Shown: positions 25,462 to 33,407 of the stretch, in pieces
Layout: each line of letters starts with the position of its first letter
How positions within the stretch are numbered: position 1 is the stretch's first letter
Assembly: GCA_051955835.1 (NCBI GenBank)
Contig: JBQCGH010000024.1
Location: forward strand, 4,696-68,695
Direction: 5' to 3'
Source of the DNA: Gemmatimonadales bacterium
GTDB taxonomy: Bacteria > Gemmatimonadota > Gemmatimonadetes > Gemmatimonadales > GWC2-71-9
DNA: 64,000 nt
Made by a program: the position numbers and the translations under genes
The notes under the pieces: model-generated
Told to the model about the DNA's origin: nothing
Databases searched by the model: none
Seen by the model: only the letters and a program-made list of their open reading frames with translations

Positions 25462-26493
25462 CTACTGCACTGGGGTCGCCGTCACCGTCATGACGAGATC
25501 GTTGAAGTCGGGCTCATTCGGTCCACCCACCCCGTCGTCGAACGACAGCGTCCAGGTCGGGTAGGCACCGGTCACGTGGAGCGCAGGCGCGGTCTGTTGG
25601 TTGGTCGCGCCCGAGATCACATTGGCCTGCAGGTGCGTTCCCGCCGCGAACACGGCCCCGCCGTTCAGGGGGAATGAGCTGCCCACACTGGGATTGTAGC
25701 AGCCATCGGTGAACAAGGTCTCGACGATCGGCGCGGTGATCCGGAACGTGTCACCATGCGCGTCGCACGAGCGGTCCTGCAGCTTCACGGTCACGCGAGC
25801 GTCGGCCAGGAGTACGAGGTCGCACGAGGCGAAGCCGGTGTGCCCCGGCGCGGCGTCCACGCACTGCAGCGAGGCCGGCGGCGACACCGTGATCTGCTGG
25901 CTCTTGACGCTGGTGAGGCCGGCGTCGTCAGTCACGGTGAGGCTCACGTCATAGACCGTACGATCGGTGGCGGCGTAATGGTGCACGGCCGGGTGCTGGT
26001 CGGTGCTGGTCGGGCTGCCGTCGCCGAAGTCCCACGCCCAGGCGACCACGGTGCCGTCGGCGTCGGTGCTCTGGTCCTGGAACGTGCAGTCGAGCGAAGC
26101 GCAGGACACCGTGAACGCGGCGGTCGGCGCGCCCGCGAGCGAGGCGGTCGCGGTGACCGACTTTGTGATCGACCCGGTCCCGCCGGCGTTATCGGTCACC
26201 GTGAGCTTCACGTTGTACTGGCCCGGCGTGCCGAACCCGTGCGTGGGATCCTTGGTGCTGGAGACCTGGCCGTCGCCGAAGTCCCACTGGTACGACGCCA
26301 CCCTGCCGTCGTTGTCGCTGCTCAAGTCGGTGAATGAGCAGCTCATGTCGGTACAGTCGCTGGTGAAGTCCGCGGTCGGGTTCGCGTTGTTGCCGTCGGG
26401 CCCGTTGGAATCCTTGCTGCACCCGACGAGGCCAATGGTCGCCATGGCCAGACTCGCGGTGAATCCGTGGAGAAAACGCCGGCTCGATCGCAT
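25462..26493 (-). CDS. lipoprotein with two PKD domains and a Cys-rich C-terminal DUF4114-like domain
   Basis: 343 aa from the ATG at 26491-26493, with an AGGAAGG SD. Lipobox LVGC. Two PKD signatures (WDFGDG). C-terminal blocks TLFTDGCY and EPDFNDLVMTV. Confidence 0.8.
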   Translation of the reverse strand: MRSSRRFLHGFTASLAMATIGLVGCSKDSNGPDGNNANPTADFTSDCTDMSCSFTDLSSDNDGRVASYQWDFGDGQVSSTKDPTHGFGTPGQYNVKLTVTDNAGGTGSITKSVTATASLAGAPTAAFTVSCASLDCTFQDQSTDADGTVVAWAWDFGDGSPTSTDQHPAVHHYAATDRTVYDVSLTVTDDAGLTSVKSQQITVSPPASLQCVDAAPGHTGFASCDLVLLADARVTVKLQDRSCDAHGDTFRITAPIVETLFTDGCYNPSVGSSFPLNGGAVFAAGTHLQANVISGATNQQTAPALHVTGAYPTWTLSFDDGVGGPNEPDFNDLVMTVTATPVQ

Positions 26494-26549
26494 AACCTTC
26501 CTGCCTGAGTGAAGTCTCCGCGGTTCCCGCGCGGCCCGGGGGCCAGCCA

Positions 26550-26571
26550 CCGGGCGGGAGGACCCGCCCGG
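26550..26571 (-). terminator. weak hairpin terminator candidate between the two PKD paralogs
   Basis: 8-bp stem CCGGGCGG / CCGCCCGG with a 6-nt loop, 35 nt downstream of the upstream paralog's stop. No U-tract. Confidence 0.3.
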
Positions 26572-26605
26572 CAGCGTTTATGGCACCTGCGTGCTGTGAG
26601 AGTGG

Positions 26606-27604
26606 TTAGGGAGCGACCGTGGCCTTGACCGTCATGACCAGGTCATTGAAGTCGGGCTCACCCGGGCCGACGAAGCCGTCGTCGAACTCGAGCGTCCAGC
26701 CGTTCGCGAAATCACCCGTGACCCGAAGCTGCGCGTTGGTCGTGCCGGCCACACCGGTGAGGACTTCGGCGGCGAGCTGCGTGCCCTGATCGTAGGCGGC
26801 CCCGTTGTTGAGCTGGAACGAGGTGCCCACCGGCGTGTAGCAGCCGTCGGTGAACAAGGTGTCTACGGCGGGCTGGGTGATCACGAACGTGTTACCGTGG
26901 ACTTGGCAGTCGCTGGACGTGAGCGTCACCACCACGGTGGCCTTCTCATCGAGCCCGAGGGTACAGGCTGAACCGTTGCAGGTCAGGCTGGCGCCCGGCT
27001 GGACGCTCACCTGCTTGGTCGCCTGACTGGTGAGGCCGTTGTCCGTGACCACCAGGGTGATGGTGAACGTGGTCGGCTGCGTGACATTGTACTGCACCGG
27101 GGCCGGATTCTGGGCGGTGCTGGTCTGGCTCCCGTCGCCGAAGTCCCACGCCCAGGTGGCGGCAGGGCTCGCATTGGTGGTCGTGTTGGTCACGCTGCAG
27201 GTGGTGCCGCCGCAGCTCACGGTGAAGCTCGCCGAGGGGCCGCCAGGCGACGACGCGGTCACGGCCACCTGGGCGGTCTTCGTGCCCGTGGCACCGCCGT
27301 TGTCGGTGGCCGTGAGCTTCACCGTATACGTGCCCGCGGCCGAGAAGGCGTGCGGTGTCGCGCTCGCCGGCCCGGCAGTGGCGGTATTGGCCGCGCCGCT
27401 GTTGGGATCGCCGAAGTCCCAGGCGACCGACTTGACGCTCCCGTCAGCGTCACTGCTGGCATCCGTGAAGGTGCAGGAGAGATCGGAGCAATCCACCCGG
27501 AAATTGGCCGTCGGTGCCGCATTCGACGGGCCGTTGCTGTCGCCGCCACAGGCGGCCAGCCAGGCGACCCCAGCAACGAGGGTCAGGACACGCGAAGAGC
27601 GCAT
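26606..27604 (-). CDS. lipoprotein with two PKD domains and a Cys-rich C-terminal DUF4114-like domain (paralog of 25462-26493)
   Basis: 332 aa from the ATG at 27602-27604. Lipobox LAAC. WDFGD(P/G) PKD signatures. Same C-terminal blocks TLFTDGCY and EPDFNDLVMTV. Confidence 0.8.
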   Translation of the reverse strand: MRSSRVLTLVAGVAWLAACGGDSNGPSNAAPTANFRVDCSDLSCTFTDASSDADGSVKSVAWDFGDPNSGAANTATAGPASATPHAFSAAGTYTVKLTATDNGGATGTKTAQVAVTASSPGGPSASFTVSCGGTTCSVTNTTTNASPAATWAWDFGDGSQTSTAQNPAPVQYNVTQPTTFTITLVVTDNGLTSQATKQVSVQPGASLTCNGSACTLGLDEKATVVVTLTSSDCQVHGNTFVITQPAVDTLFTDGCYTPVGTSFQLNNGAAYDQGTQLAAEVLTGVAGTTNAQLRVTGDFANGWTLEFDDGFVGPGEPDFNDLVMTVKATVAP

Positions 27605-27899
27605 AGTGTTGGTTCCAAGCCTCAGGGATGAAGTGTGGTGTCGCATGGGAACACGGCCGTGATGCCTGATCGACCGCCGGTCGGGAAAGCCAGACCCGTG
27701 CCAACCGGGGGGTGTCAGCAACGTCTACAGCACACCCCTCTGGAACTCCATGACGGGCAAGCTCCTAACAATGTGGTGCTAAAAAGCTGACAGCGGCGCG
27801 GTCAAGCCTCAGGTGTGGCATTTTCACCATACGGCCGAGATGCAATTTTGGCCCAAAGGCCACGCCCGTCGAGGGGCTGCCTGGGGGGACTCGCGCCCG

Positions 27900-27929
27900 T
27901 TGACGGTTCGCCCAGGGGCTAACTATGTT
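27900..27929 (+). promoter_or_regulatory. candidate sigma-70 promoter of prs
   Basis: TTGACG (27900-27905), 18-nt spacer, TATGTT (27924-27929). This would give a very short leader to the ATG at 27944. Confidence 0.3.
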
Positions 27930-27943
27930 TGCGGGCTGTAATT

Positions 27944-28897
27944 ATGACGGACCTTTCGCTGTCCCGCAGCCAGATGCTGCTCCTCAGCGGCTCGGCCAAT
28001 CGGGCGTTGTCCGAGGAGGTGGCGGCCCACCTGGGGCAGCCGCTCTGTCAGGTCACGCTCCGGCGCTTCGCCGACGGCGAGCTGTTCGTCAAAATCGATG
28101 AGAACGTCCGCGGGCGGGACGTCTACATCATGCAGCCGACCAACCCGCCGGCGGAGAACATGATGGAGCTGCTGCTCCTCATGGATGCCGCTCGGCGGGC
28201 CAGCGCGGCACGGGTCACGGCTGTCATCCCGTACTTCGGCTACGCGCGGCAGGACCGCAAGGACCAGCCGCGTGTAGCCATCAGCGCCAAGCTGATGGCG
28301 AACATGGTGTCGATGGCGGGGGCTGATCGGGTACTCGCCATGGACTTTCACCAGCACCAGCTCCAGGGGTTCTTCGACCTGCCGGTCGATCACCTGTACG
28401 CGGCACCGGTGTTCGTGAGCCATTACCGCCAGAAGCAGATGCATGATCCGGGGGTGGTGGCGCCGGACGTCGGATCCGCCAAGATGGCCCGCGGGTTTGC
28501 CAAGCGGCTCAACGCCTCGCTGGCCATCATCGACAAGCGGCGGCCCTCGGCCAATGTGGCTGAGGTGCTGAACGTGGTGGGCGAGGTGGGCAATCGGGAC
28601 TGCCTCATCCCCGACGACATGATCGACACCGCGGGGACCATGGCGGAGGCGGTGACGGCCCTCAAGCGGCTCGGGGCGCGCGACATCTACTGCTGCGCCA
28701 CGCACGCGCTGCTCTCGGGGCCGGCGGTGGATCGGCTCATGGCCTCGCCGGTCAAGGAAGTGGCGGTCACCAACACGATCGCCATTCCGCCGGAGCGGCG
28801 GTTCGATCGGCTCAAGGTTCTCTCGATCGCGGGGCTTCTCGCCAAGGCGATCGGTTACACGCACAGCGACCAGTCGGTGAGCTCGCTCTTCGACTGA
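27944..28897 (+). CDS. prs: ribose-phosphate pyrophosphokinase
   Basis: Motifs LLSGSANRALSEEVA, FADGE, YFGYARQDRK, DFHQHQLQGFF, DDMIDTAGT. The ATG at 27944 is preferred over the track's TTG at 27929. Confidence 0.95.
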   Translation: MTDLSLSRSQMLLLSGSANRALSEEVAAHLGQPLCQVTLRRFADGELFVKIDENVRGRDVYIMQPTNPPAENMMELLLLMDAARRASAARVTAVIPYFGYARQDRKDQPRVAISAKLMANMVSMAGADRVLAMDFHQHQLQGFFDLPVDHLYAAPVFVSHYRQKQMHDPGVVAPDVGSAKMARGFAKRLNASLAIIDKRRPSANVAEVLNVVGEVGNRDCLIPDDMIDTAGTMAEAVTALKRLGARDIYCCATHALLSGPAVDRLMASPVKEVAVTNTIAIPPERRFDRLKVLSIAGLLAKAIGYTHSDQSVSSLFD

Positions 28898-28921
28898 CGC
28901 TCCACGCGAAGGATCGGCACA

Positions 28922-29590
28922 ATGGCACAGCAGGCGAGTCTCCAAGTGATGTCCCGCTCGGGCACCGGCAAGGGCGCCGCCCGGACGCTTCGGCGCGAGG
29001 GCAAGGTCCCCGGCGTCATCTATGGGCATGGGCGGGACGCAGAGTCGGTCGCCATCGACACCGCGACGCTCACCAAGATGCTGGTCGGGATCAGTGCCGC
29101 CACCACGATCGTGGACGTGACGGTGGACGGCCGCGCGCCGGTGAAGGCGCTGATCCGTGAGATCCAGCGCGACTCGCTCCGTCCTTCCGATATCATCCAC
29201 CTCGACCTCTACGAGGTCCGGAGCGACGAAGAGATCACGCTCGAGGTGCCGATTCGTCTGATCGGCGTGCCCGATGGCGTGCGCAACTTCGGCGGCGTGC
29301 TGGACCACGTGCTTCGCGATCTGGAGATCGAGGTGCTCCCGTCGAACATCCCCGAGCACGTGGATCTCGACGTCACCGCACTCGCCATCGGCCACTCGCT
29401 GTTCGTCCGCGACCTCCAGGTGTCGAACGCGCGCATCCTCAATGATCCCGATACGCCCATCTGCACGGTCGTGGCGCCGCGGGCCGAGGAGACGCCCGCC
29501 GCACCCGCCGAGGAGGCGCCCGCGGCGGAGCCGGAGCTCATCCGCAAGCCGAAGGCCGAGACCGAGGAAGAGACCGAACCGAAGGCCTGA
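28922..29590 (+). CDS. rplY: 50S ribosomal protein L25 / general stress protein Ctc
   Basis: 222 aa. Motifs GKGAARTLRREGKVPGVIYG and DLYEV, plus an acidic Pro/Ala/Glu-rich C-terminal extension typical of the Ctc form. Confidence 0.9.
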   Translation: MAQQASLQVMSRSGTGKGAARTLRREGKVPGVIYGHGRDAESVAIDTATLTKMLVGISAATTIVDVTVDGRAPVKALIREIQRDSLRPSDIIHLDLYEVRSDEEITLEVPIRLIGVPDGVRNFGGVLDHVLRDLEIEVLPSNIPEHVDLDVTALAIGHSLFVRDLQVSNARILNDPDTPICTVVAPRAEETPAAPAEEAPAAEPELIRKPKAETEEETEPKA

Positions 29591-29593
29591 CCT

Positions 29594-30163
29594 CTGCACG
29601 TCATCGTTGGGCTGGGAAACCCCGGCTCGGAGTACGACGGAACCCGGCACAACGCCGGGTTTCGACTGGCCGACCACCTGGCGCGCCGCTGGCGACTCGG
29701 CACGTTCACCCGGTGCGAGCGCGCCCGTCACGTGGAAGGCTCGGTGGACGGCCGGACCGTGCGTGTGCTCAAGCCACAGACCTACATGAATCGGAGCGGC
29801 GCCGCGTTGGCGCCGTTCCGCCTCCGTCCGAACTTCGATCCCTCGGCCGATCTCCTGATCCTCACCGACGACGTGGCGCTTCCGGTGGGCCGCTTTCGTC
29901 TCCGCGGCGCGGGCACCGCCGGTGGACACAACGGGCTCAAGAGCATCGAGGCCGCGTTGCAGCGTCAGGACTATGCCCGGCTGCGCATCGGCGTGGGGCC
30001 GGTGCCCGCAGGCATGGAGGACCTCGCCGACTTCGTGCTCGGGCCGCTCTCGTCGGAAGAGAGCCAGGCGCTCGGTGACCTGCTCGATCCCATGGCGGAG
30101 GCCGTGGAATGCTGGCTGGCCGAGGGCGTCGAGCGGGCCATGAGCCGGTTCAACCGTTCATGA
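29594..30163 (+). CDS. pth: peptidyl-tRNA hydrolase (apparent CTG start)
   Basis: The canonical Pth N-terminus (L)HVIVGLGNPGSEYDGTRHNAGF is encoded immediately after the ctc TGA, in the same frame. There is no in-frame ATG/GTG/TTG before GLGNPG. The first canonical start, the GTG at 29732 where the track ORF begins, would delete the catalytic His in TRHN. 189 aa if CTG 29594 is used. Confidence 0.8.
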   Translation: MHVIVGLGNPGSEYDGTRHNAGFRLADHLARRWRLGTFTRCERARHVEGSVDGRTVRVLKPQTYMNRSGAALAPFRLRPNFDPSADLLILTDDVALPVGRFRLRGAGTAGGHNGLKSIEAALQRQDYARLRIGVGPVPAGMEDLADFVLGPLSSEESQALGDLLDPMAEAVECWLAEGVERAMSRFNRS

Positions 30164-30209
30164 CCGCGAGCCGCCCCATTCGCGGTCGGCGGTAAGCCAG
30201 GGTTACGTC

Positions 30210-31307
30210 ATGCTGCGACTCGGCATCGTCGGCCTGCCCAACGTCGGGAAGTCCACGCTGTTCAACGCGCTCACCTCGGCCAAGGCGCTGGTCGCCAACT
30301 ATCCGTTCGCTACGATCGAGCCGAACACAGGAATCGTGCAAGTGCCGGATGGTCGGCTGGACGCGCTCGCCCGCATCGTGAGCCCCGAGCGCACGGTCCC
30401 GGCGGCCGTCGAGTTCGTCGACATTGCCGGCCTGGTGAAGGGCGCGAGCGAAGGTGAAGGCCTCGGCAATCAGTTCCTCGCCAACATTCGCGAGGTCGAC
30501 GCCATCGTGCACGTCGTCCGGTGCTTCGAGGATCCGGACGTGCAGCACGTGATGGGCACCGTCGATCCGGTTCGCGACCGGGAGATCATCAACATCGAGC
30601 TGGGGCTCGCCGATCTGGCCAGCGTCGAGAAACGGCTCGACAAGGCCGCCCGAGCCGCCAAGTCGGGCGACGTCCAGGCTCGGCTCGAGCAGCGCTTGCT
30701 CGAAGCGGCCCGCGACGCGCTCGCCGCCGGCCGGCCGGCCCGCGCGGTCGTTCCGACAGCCGAGGAAGCTGCTGCGTTTCAGGGCTTCAATCTGCTCACC
30801 GCCAAGCTGGTGCTCTACGCGGCGAACGTGGGCGAGCACGAGATCGCCACCGGCAACGCATACGTGGATGAGCTCCGGGCGGCGCTCACGCGCGACGGGG
30901 AGGCGGCCGAGATCGTGCCGTTCTCGGCCAAGGTCGAGGCCGAGCTGGCGGAGCTCGAGCCGGCCGACCGCGACGAGTTCCTTCAGTCGCTCGGGCTCAC
31001 CGAATCAGGGCTCGACCGCTTGGCGCATGCGGCGTATCACCTGCTGGGATTGCAGAGCTACTTCACCGCCGGGGAGAAGGAAGTCCGCGCCTGGACCATC
31101 CATCGCGGCGACAAGGCGCCCGCGGCCGCGGGTGTGATCCACTCCGACTTCGAGAGGGGGTTCATCCGGGCGGAGACCGTGGCCTACGAGGACTTCGTGC
31201 GCGTGGGCGGATGGAAACCGGCGCGGGAGCAAGGCTTGGCGCGTGCCGAGGGCAAGGAGTACGTAGTCCGCGACGGCGACGTGATGCTGTTTCGTTTCAA
31301 CCCCTGA
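30210..31307 (+). CDS. ychF: redox-regulated ATPase YchF
   Basis: 365 aa. Motifs [28 protein letters not shown] and a C-terminal TGS-like domain ([12 protein letters not shown]). Confidence 0.95.
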   Translation: MLRLGIVGLPNVGKSTLFNALTSAKALVANYPFATIEPNTGIVQVPDGRLDALARIVSPERTVPAAVEFVDIAGLVKGASEGEGLGNQFLANIREVDAIVHVVRCFEDPDVQHVMGTVDPVRDREIINIELGLADLASVEKRLDKAARAAKSGDVQARLEQRLLEAARDALAAGRPARAVVPTAEEAAAFQGFNLLTAKLVLYAANVGEHEIATGNAYVDELRAALTRDGEAAEIVPFSAKVEAELAELEPADRDEFLQSLGLTESGLDRLAHAAYHLLGLQSYFTAGEKEVRAWTIHRGDKAPAAAGVIHSDFERGFIRAETVAYEDFVRVGGWKPAREQGLARAEGKEYVVRDGDVMLFRFNP

Positions 31308-31477
31308 GCCGTTCCTCTGCGGTCCGCCGGCTGGTCGAAGCGGTTGCTGGCGTCGTGTTGACCGAGTCAGTCGCCCCCTTCCCTCAGACTCGCGCCCCAC
31401 CTAGGTTTACGCGCTCACAAACCATCCTCCCCGGTGCCCGCACCGGCCCGGGGCGACTCAGACCGAAGGAAGGTGTC

Positions 31478-31819
31478 ATGACCCGTCAGTACGAGGTGGT
31501 CTATATCTTCGACAGTGCGCTCGAAGAGACCGCCATCAACGAACGCCTCGCTCGCTTCCACGCTCTCATCCAGCAGCCGGGTGGCGAAGCTCCCCAGGTG
31601 AATCACTGGGGCAAGCGGACGCTCGCCTATCCCATCCGAAAGCACGAGACCGGCTACTACGTCGTCGCCAAGTTCGACGCTGACGCCAACGCCCTGCCCG
31701 AGTTCGAGCGGGCCGTCAAGCTCGATGAGGGCGTGCTGCGGTTCCTCGTGGTGGTGAACGAAGGCGCCCAGCCGGTCCCGGTGACCGCCGGGAAGAGCGA
31801 CGAGGAGGACGACGAATGA
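31478..31819 (+). CDS. rpsF: 30S ribosomal protein S6
   Basis: 113 aa from the ATG at 31478, with a GAAGGAAGG SD. Motifs [17 protein letters not shown], acidic tail. Confidence 0.95.
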   Translation: MTRQYEVVYIFDSALEETAINERLARFHALIQQPGGEAPQVNHWGKRTLAYPIRKHETGYYVVAKFDADANALPEFERAVKLDEGVLRFLVVVNEGAQPVPVTAGKSDEEDDE

Positions 31820-32037
31820 GGCGGCCACAGAAGACCTGCGCCATCTGCGAGAGCGGCGTGCGCGTGGTGGACTACAAGGACGAGCGCACCCTGTCGCGCT
31901 TTCTGACGGAGCGCGGCAAGATCCTGCCCAGCAGACTCTCGGGCACCTGCGCGCGTCACCAACGGCAGCTGAGCACCGCCATCAAGCGCGCCCGGCAGCT
32001 CGCCCTGCTGCCCTACATCAAGGGATTCACCGGCTGA
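31816..32037 (+). CDS. rpsR: 30S ribosomal protein S18
   Basis: 73 aa. Motifs [26 protein letters not shown] and [15 protein letters not shown] overlap with rpsF. Confidence 0.95.
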   Translation: MRRPQKTCAICESGVRVVDYKDERTLSRFLTERGKILPSRLSGTCARHQRQLSTAIKRARQLALLPYIKGFTG

Positions 32038-32954
32038 CGACCGCCCGTCCCGCGAGGTGGGGGCCGCTGCTGGCGCTGGCCGGCTACCTGCTCTTCGCCC
32101 CCCCGGTGTTCGTGTTCGGACCCCTCGCGGGGCTGCTCCTGCTCTCGCGTCCGGCCAGCGTGCGTGAGTGGGTGTGGCTCATCGCTGGAGCGGCCTGGTC
32201 GGCGCTCTGGCTGCAGCAGGTGGGCGGACTCGGCGGACAGGTCGCGCGCGCCGCGGCGGTCCTGCTGTGCGGCAGCTTCCTGGTGCTGACTCTCTGGCAC
32301 CCGTCGGCCGGGATCGGCCGCGCCCTCGCGGCCACGGCAGCGGCGGCGGGGCTACTCGCGCTGTGGATGTGGCGATTGGACATCGGCTGGTCGCAGCTGG
32401 TTGCGGGCGTCAACCAGGACCTCTCGTCGTACGAATCGATGGTCCGGGAGCAGTGGCGCAGCGCCGGAGCACCCCAGGATCTGGTCGATCAGGCCGGCAC
32501 CATCGTCCGCTCCGTGTCCCAGCTCTTTCCGGGCCTGCTGGCGCTCGCCGGCATTGCCGGCCTGCGCCTCGCGTGGTCGTGGTATCACCGGCTCGCGCTC
32601 CATCCCCTTGGCGCACCCGCAGCGCCATTCCGGCGCTTCAGCTTCAACGACCAGCTGGTCTGGGGTTGGGTGGTGGCTCTCGCGCTGGCCGTGCTCCCCG
32701 TTTCGGAGCCATGGCGGCTCGCGGGCGCCAACCTCCTGCTCGTGCTCGGGGTGCTCTACGCCGTCCGCGGACTGGCTGTGGTCGTCGCCCAGGCTGGCGG
32801 CGTGGCCGCACCGGTTGCGACCGTGCTGGCGTTCATTGCCCTGTTTCTGCTGCCGTTCGTCCTCGGCGGGCTCACGTTGCTCGGGCTCGCCGACACCTGG
32901 CTAGATTTCCGGCGTCGGCTGTCGACGCCGACCACCAGAGGATACCAGCGATGA
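32034..32954 (+). CDS. DUF2232 (YybS-like) polytopic membrane protein, start codon uncertain
   Basis: Multi-TM protein in the conserved rpsR/rplI neighbourhood. The track ORF starts at GTG 32106, in the middle of a hydrophobic helix. The frame is open upstream, and CTG 32034-32036 forms a CTGA overlap with the rpsR stop, giving a positively charged N-terminus (TTARPARW) before TM1. Confidence 0.7.
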   Translation: MTTARPARWGPLLALAGYLLFAPPVFVFGPLAGLLLLSRPASVREWVWLIAGAAWSALWLQQVGGLGGQVARAAAVLLCGSFLVLTLWHPSAGIGRALAATAAAAGLLALWMWRLDIGWSQLVAGVNQDLSSYESMVREQWRSAGAPQDLVDQAGTIVRSVSQLFPGLLALAGIAGLRLAWSWYHRLALHPLGAPAAPFRRFSFNDQLVWGWVVALALAVLPVSEPWRLAGANLLLVLGVLYAVRGLAVVVAQAGGVAAPVATVLAFIALFLLPFVLGGLTLLGLADTWLDFRRRLSTPTTRGYQR

Positions 32955-33397
32955 TGGAAGTGATCCTGCGCGAGGACGTGCGGTCCCTCGGCAAGGCCGG
33001 GGAGATGGTGCGCGTGAAGCCCGGTTACGCCCGGAATTACCTCCTGCCTCAGGGACTCGCGTACGAGGCCACCGAAGGCAACAAGAAGCGCATCGCCGCC
33101 GAAACGAAGGCGCGGGGGGTCCGGAACCAGGCCGAGCGCGCTGAGGCGGAGAAGGCGGCGGCGGCGCTCGGGGCGGTCGAGTTGACGCTGACGGGCAAAG
33201 CAGGCGAGGAAGGCAAACTGTTCGGATCGATTACCGGCCAGGACATCGCCGACGCGTTGGCCGCGCAAGGACATCAGGTGGACCGGCGCCGCATCGAGCT
33301 GGACCACCCCATCAAGTCGCTCGGGCTGCATACGGTGGGCATCCGGGTCCACCCCGACGTGCACGCGGAGGTTCGTGTCTCGGTCGTCGCGGAGTAG
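32951..33397 (+). CDS. rplI: 50S ribosomal protein L9
   Basis: Motifs [42 protein letters not shown] at 32951-32956 overlaps the upstream stop. Confidence 0.95.
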   Translation: MMEVILREDVRSLGKAGEMVRVKPGYARNYLLPQGLAYEATEGNKKRIAAETKARGVRNQAERAEAEKAAAALGAVELTLTGKAGEEGKLFGSITGQDIADALAAQGHQVDRRRIELDHPIKSLGLHTVGIRVHPDVHAEVRVSVVAE

Positions 33398-33407
33398 TTC
33401 CTTTACG

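Noticed and set aside
25033-25493. ORFs 25033-25263 (minus) and 25101-25493 (plus) in the tRNA region.
   Set aside because: The plus ORF runs straight through tRNA-Gln and its terminator hairpin. The minus ORF lies in the lower-GC promoter region and has no coding signature.
24791-27928. Possible tRNA-associated genomic island containing the PKD paralogs.
   Set aside because: I saw no integrase, transposase or phage gene, and no direct repeat of the tRNA-Gln 3' end. The PKD genes have the same GC-rich codon style as their neighbours.
27923-29929. 668-aa minus-strand ORF.
   Set aside because: It is antisense to prs, ctc and pth, which are unambiguous. Compositional artefact.
29732-30163. The start of the 143-aa track ORF (GTG 29732) as the pth start.
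   Set aside because: It would delete the conserved GLGNPG...TRHN N-terminus, including the catalytic His, which is encoded in frame upstream.
31308-31477. Possible rpsF (S6:S18) autoregulatory leader structure and promoter upstream of rpsF.
   Set aside because: A CCCCGG...CCGGGG hairpin is present around 31430-31455. I cannot match it to the known leader consensus from memory, and no convincing -35/-10 pair was found. This needs a cmsearch.
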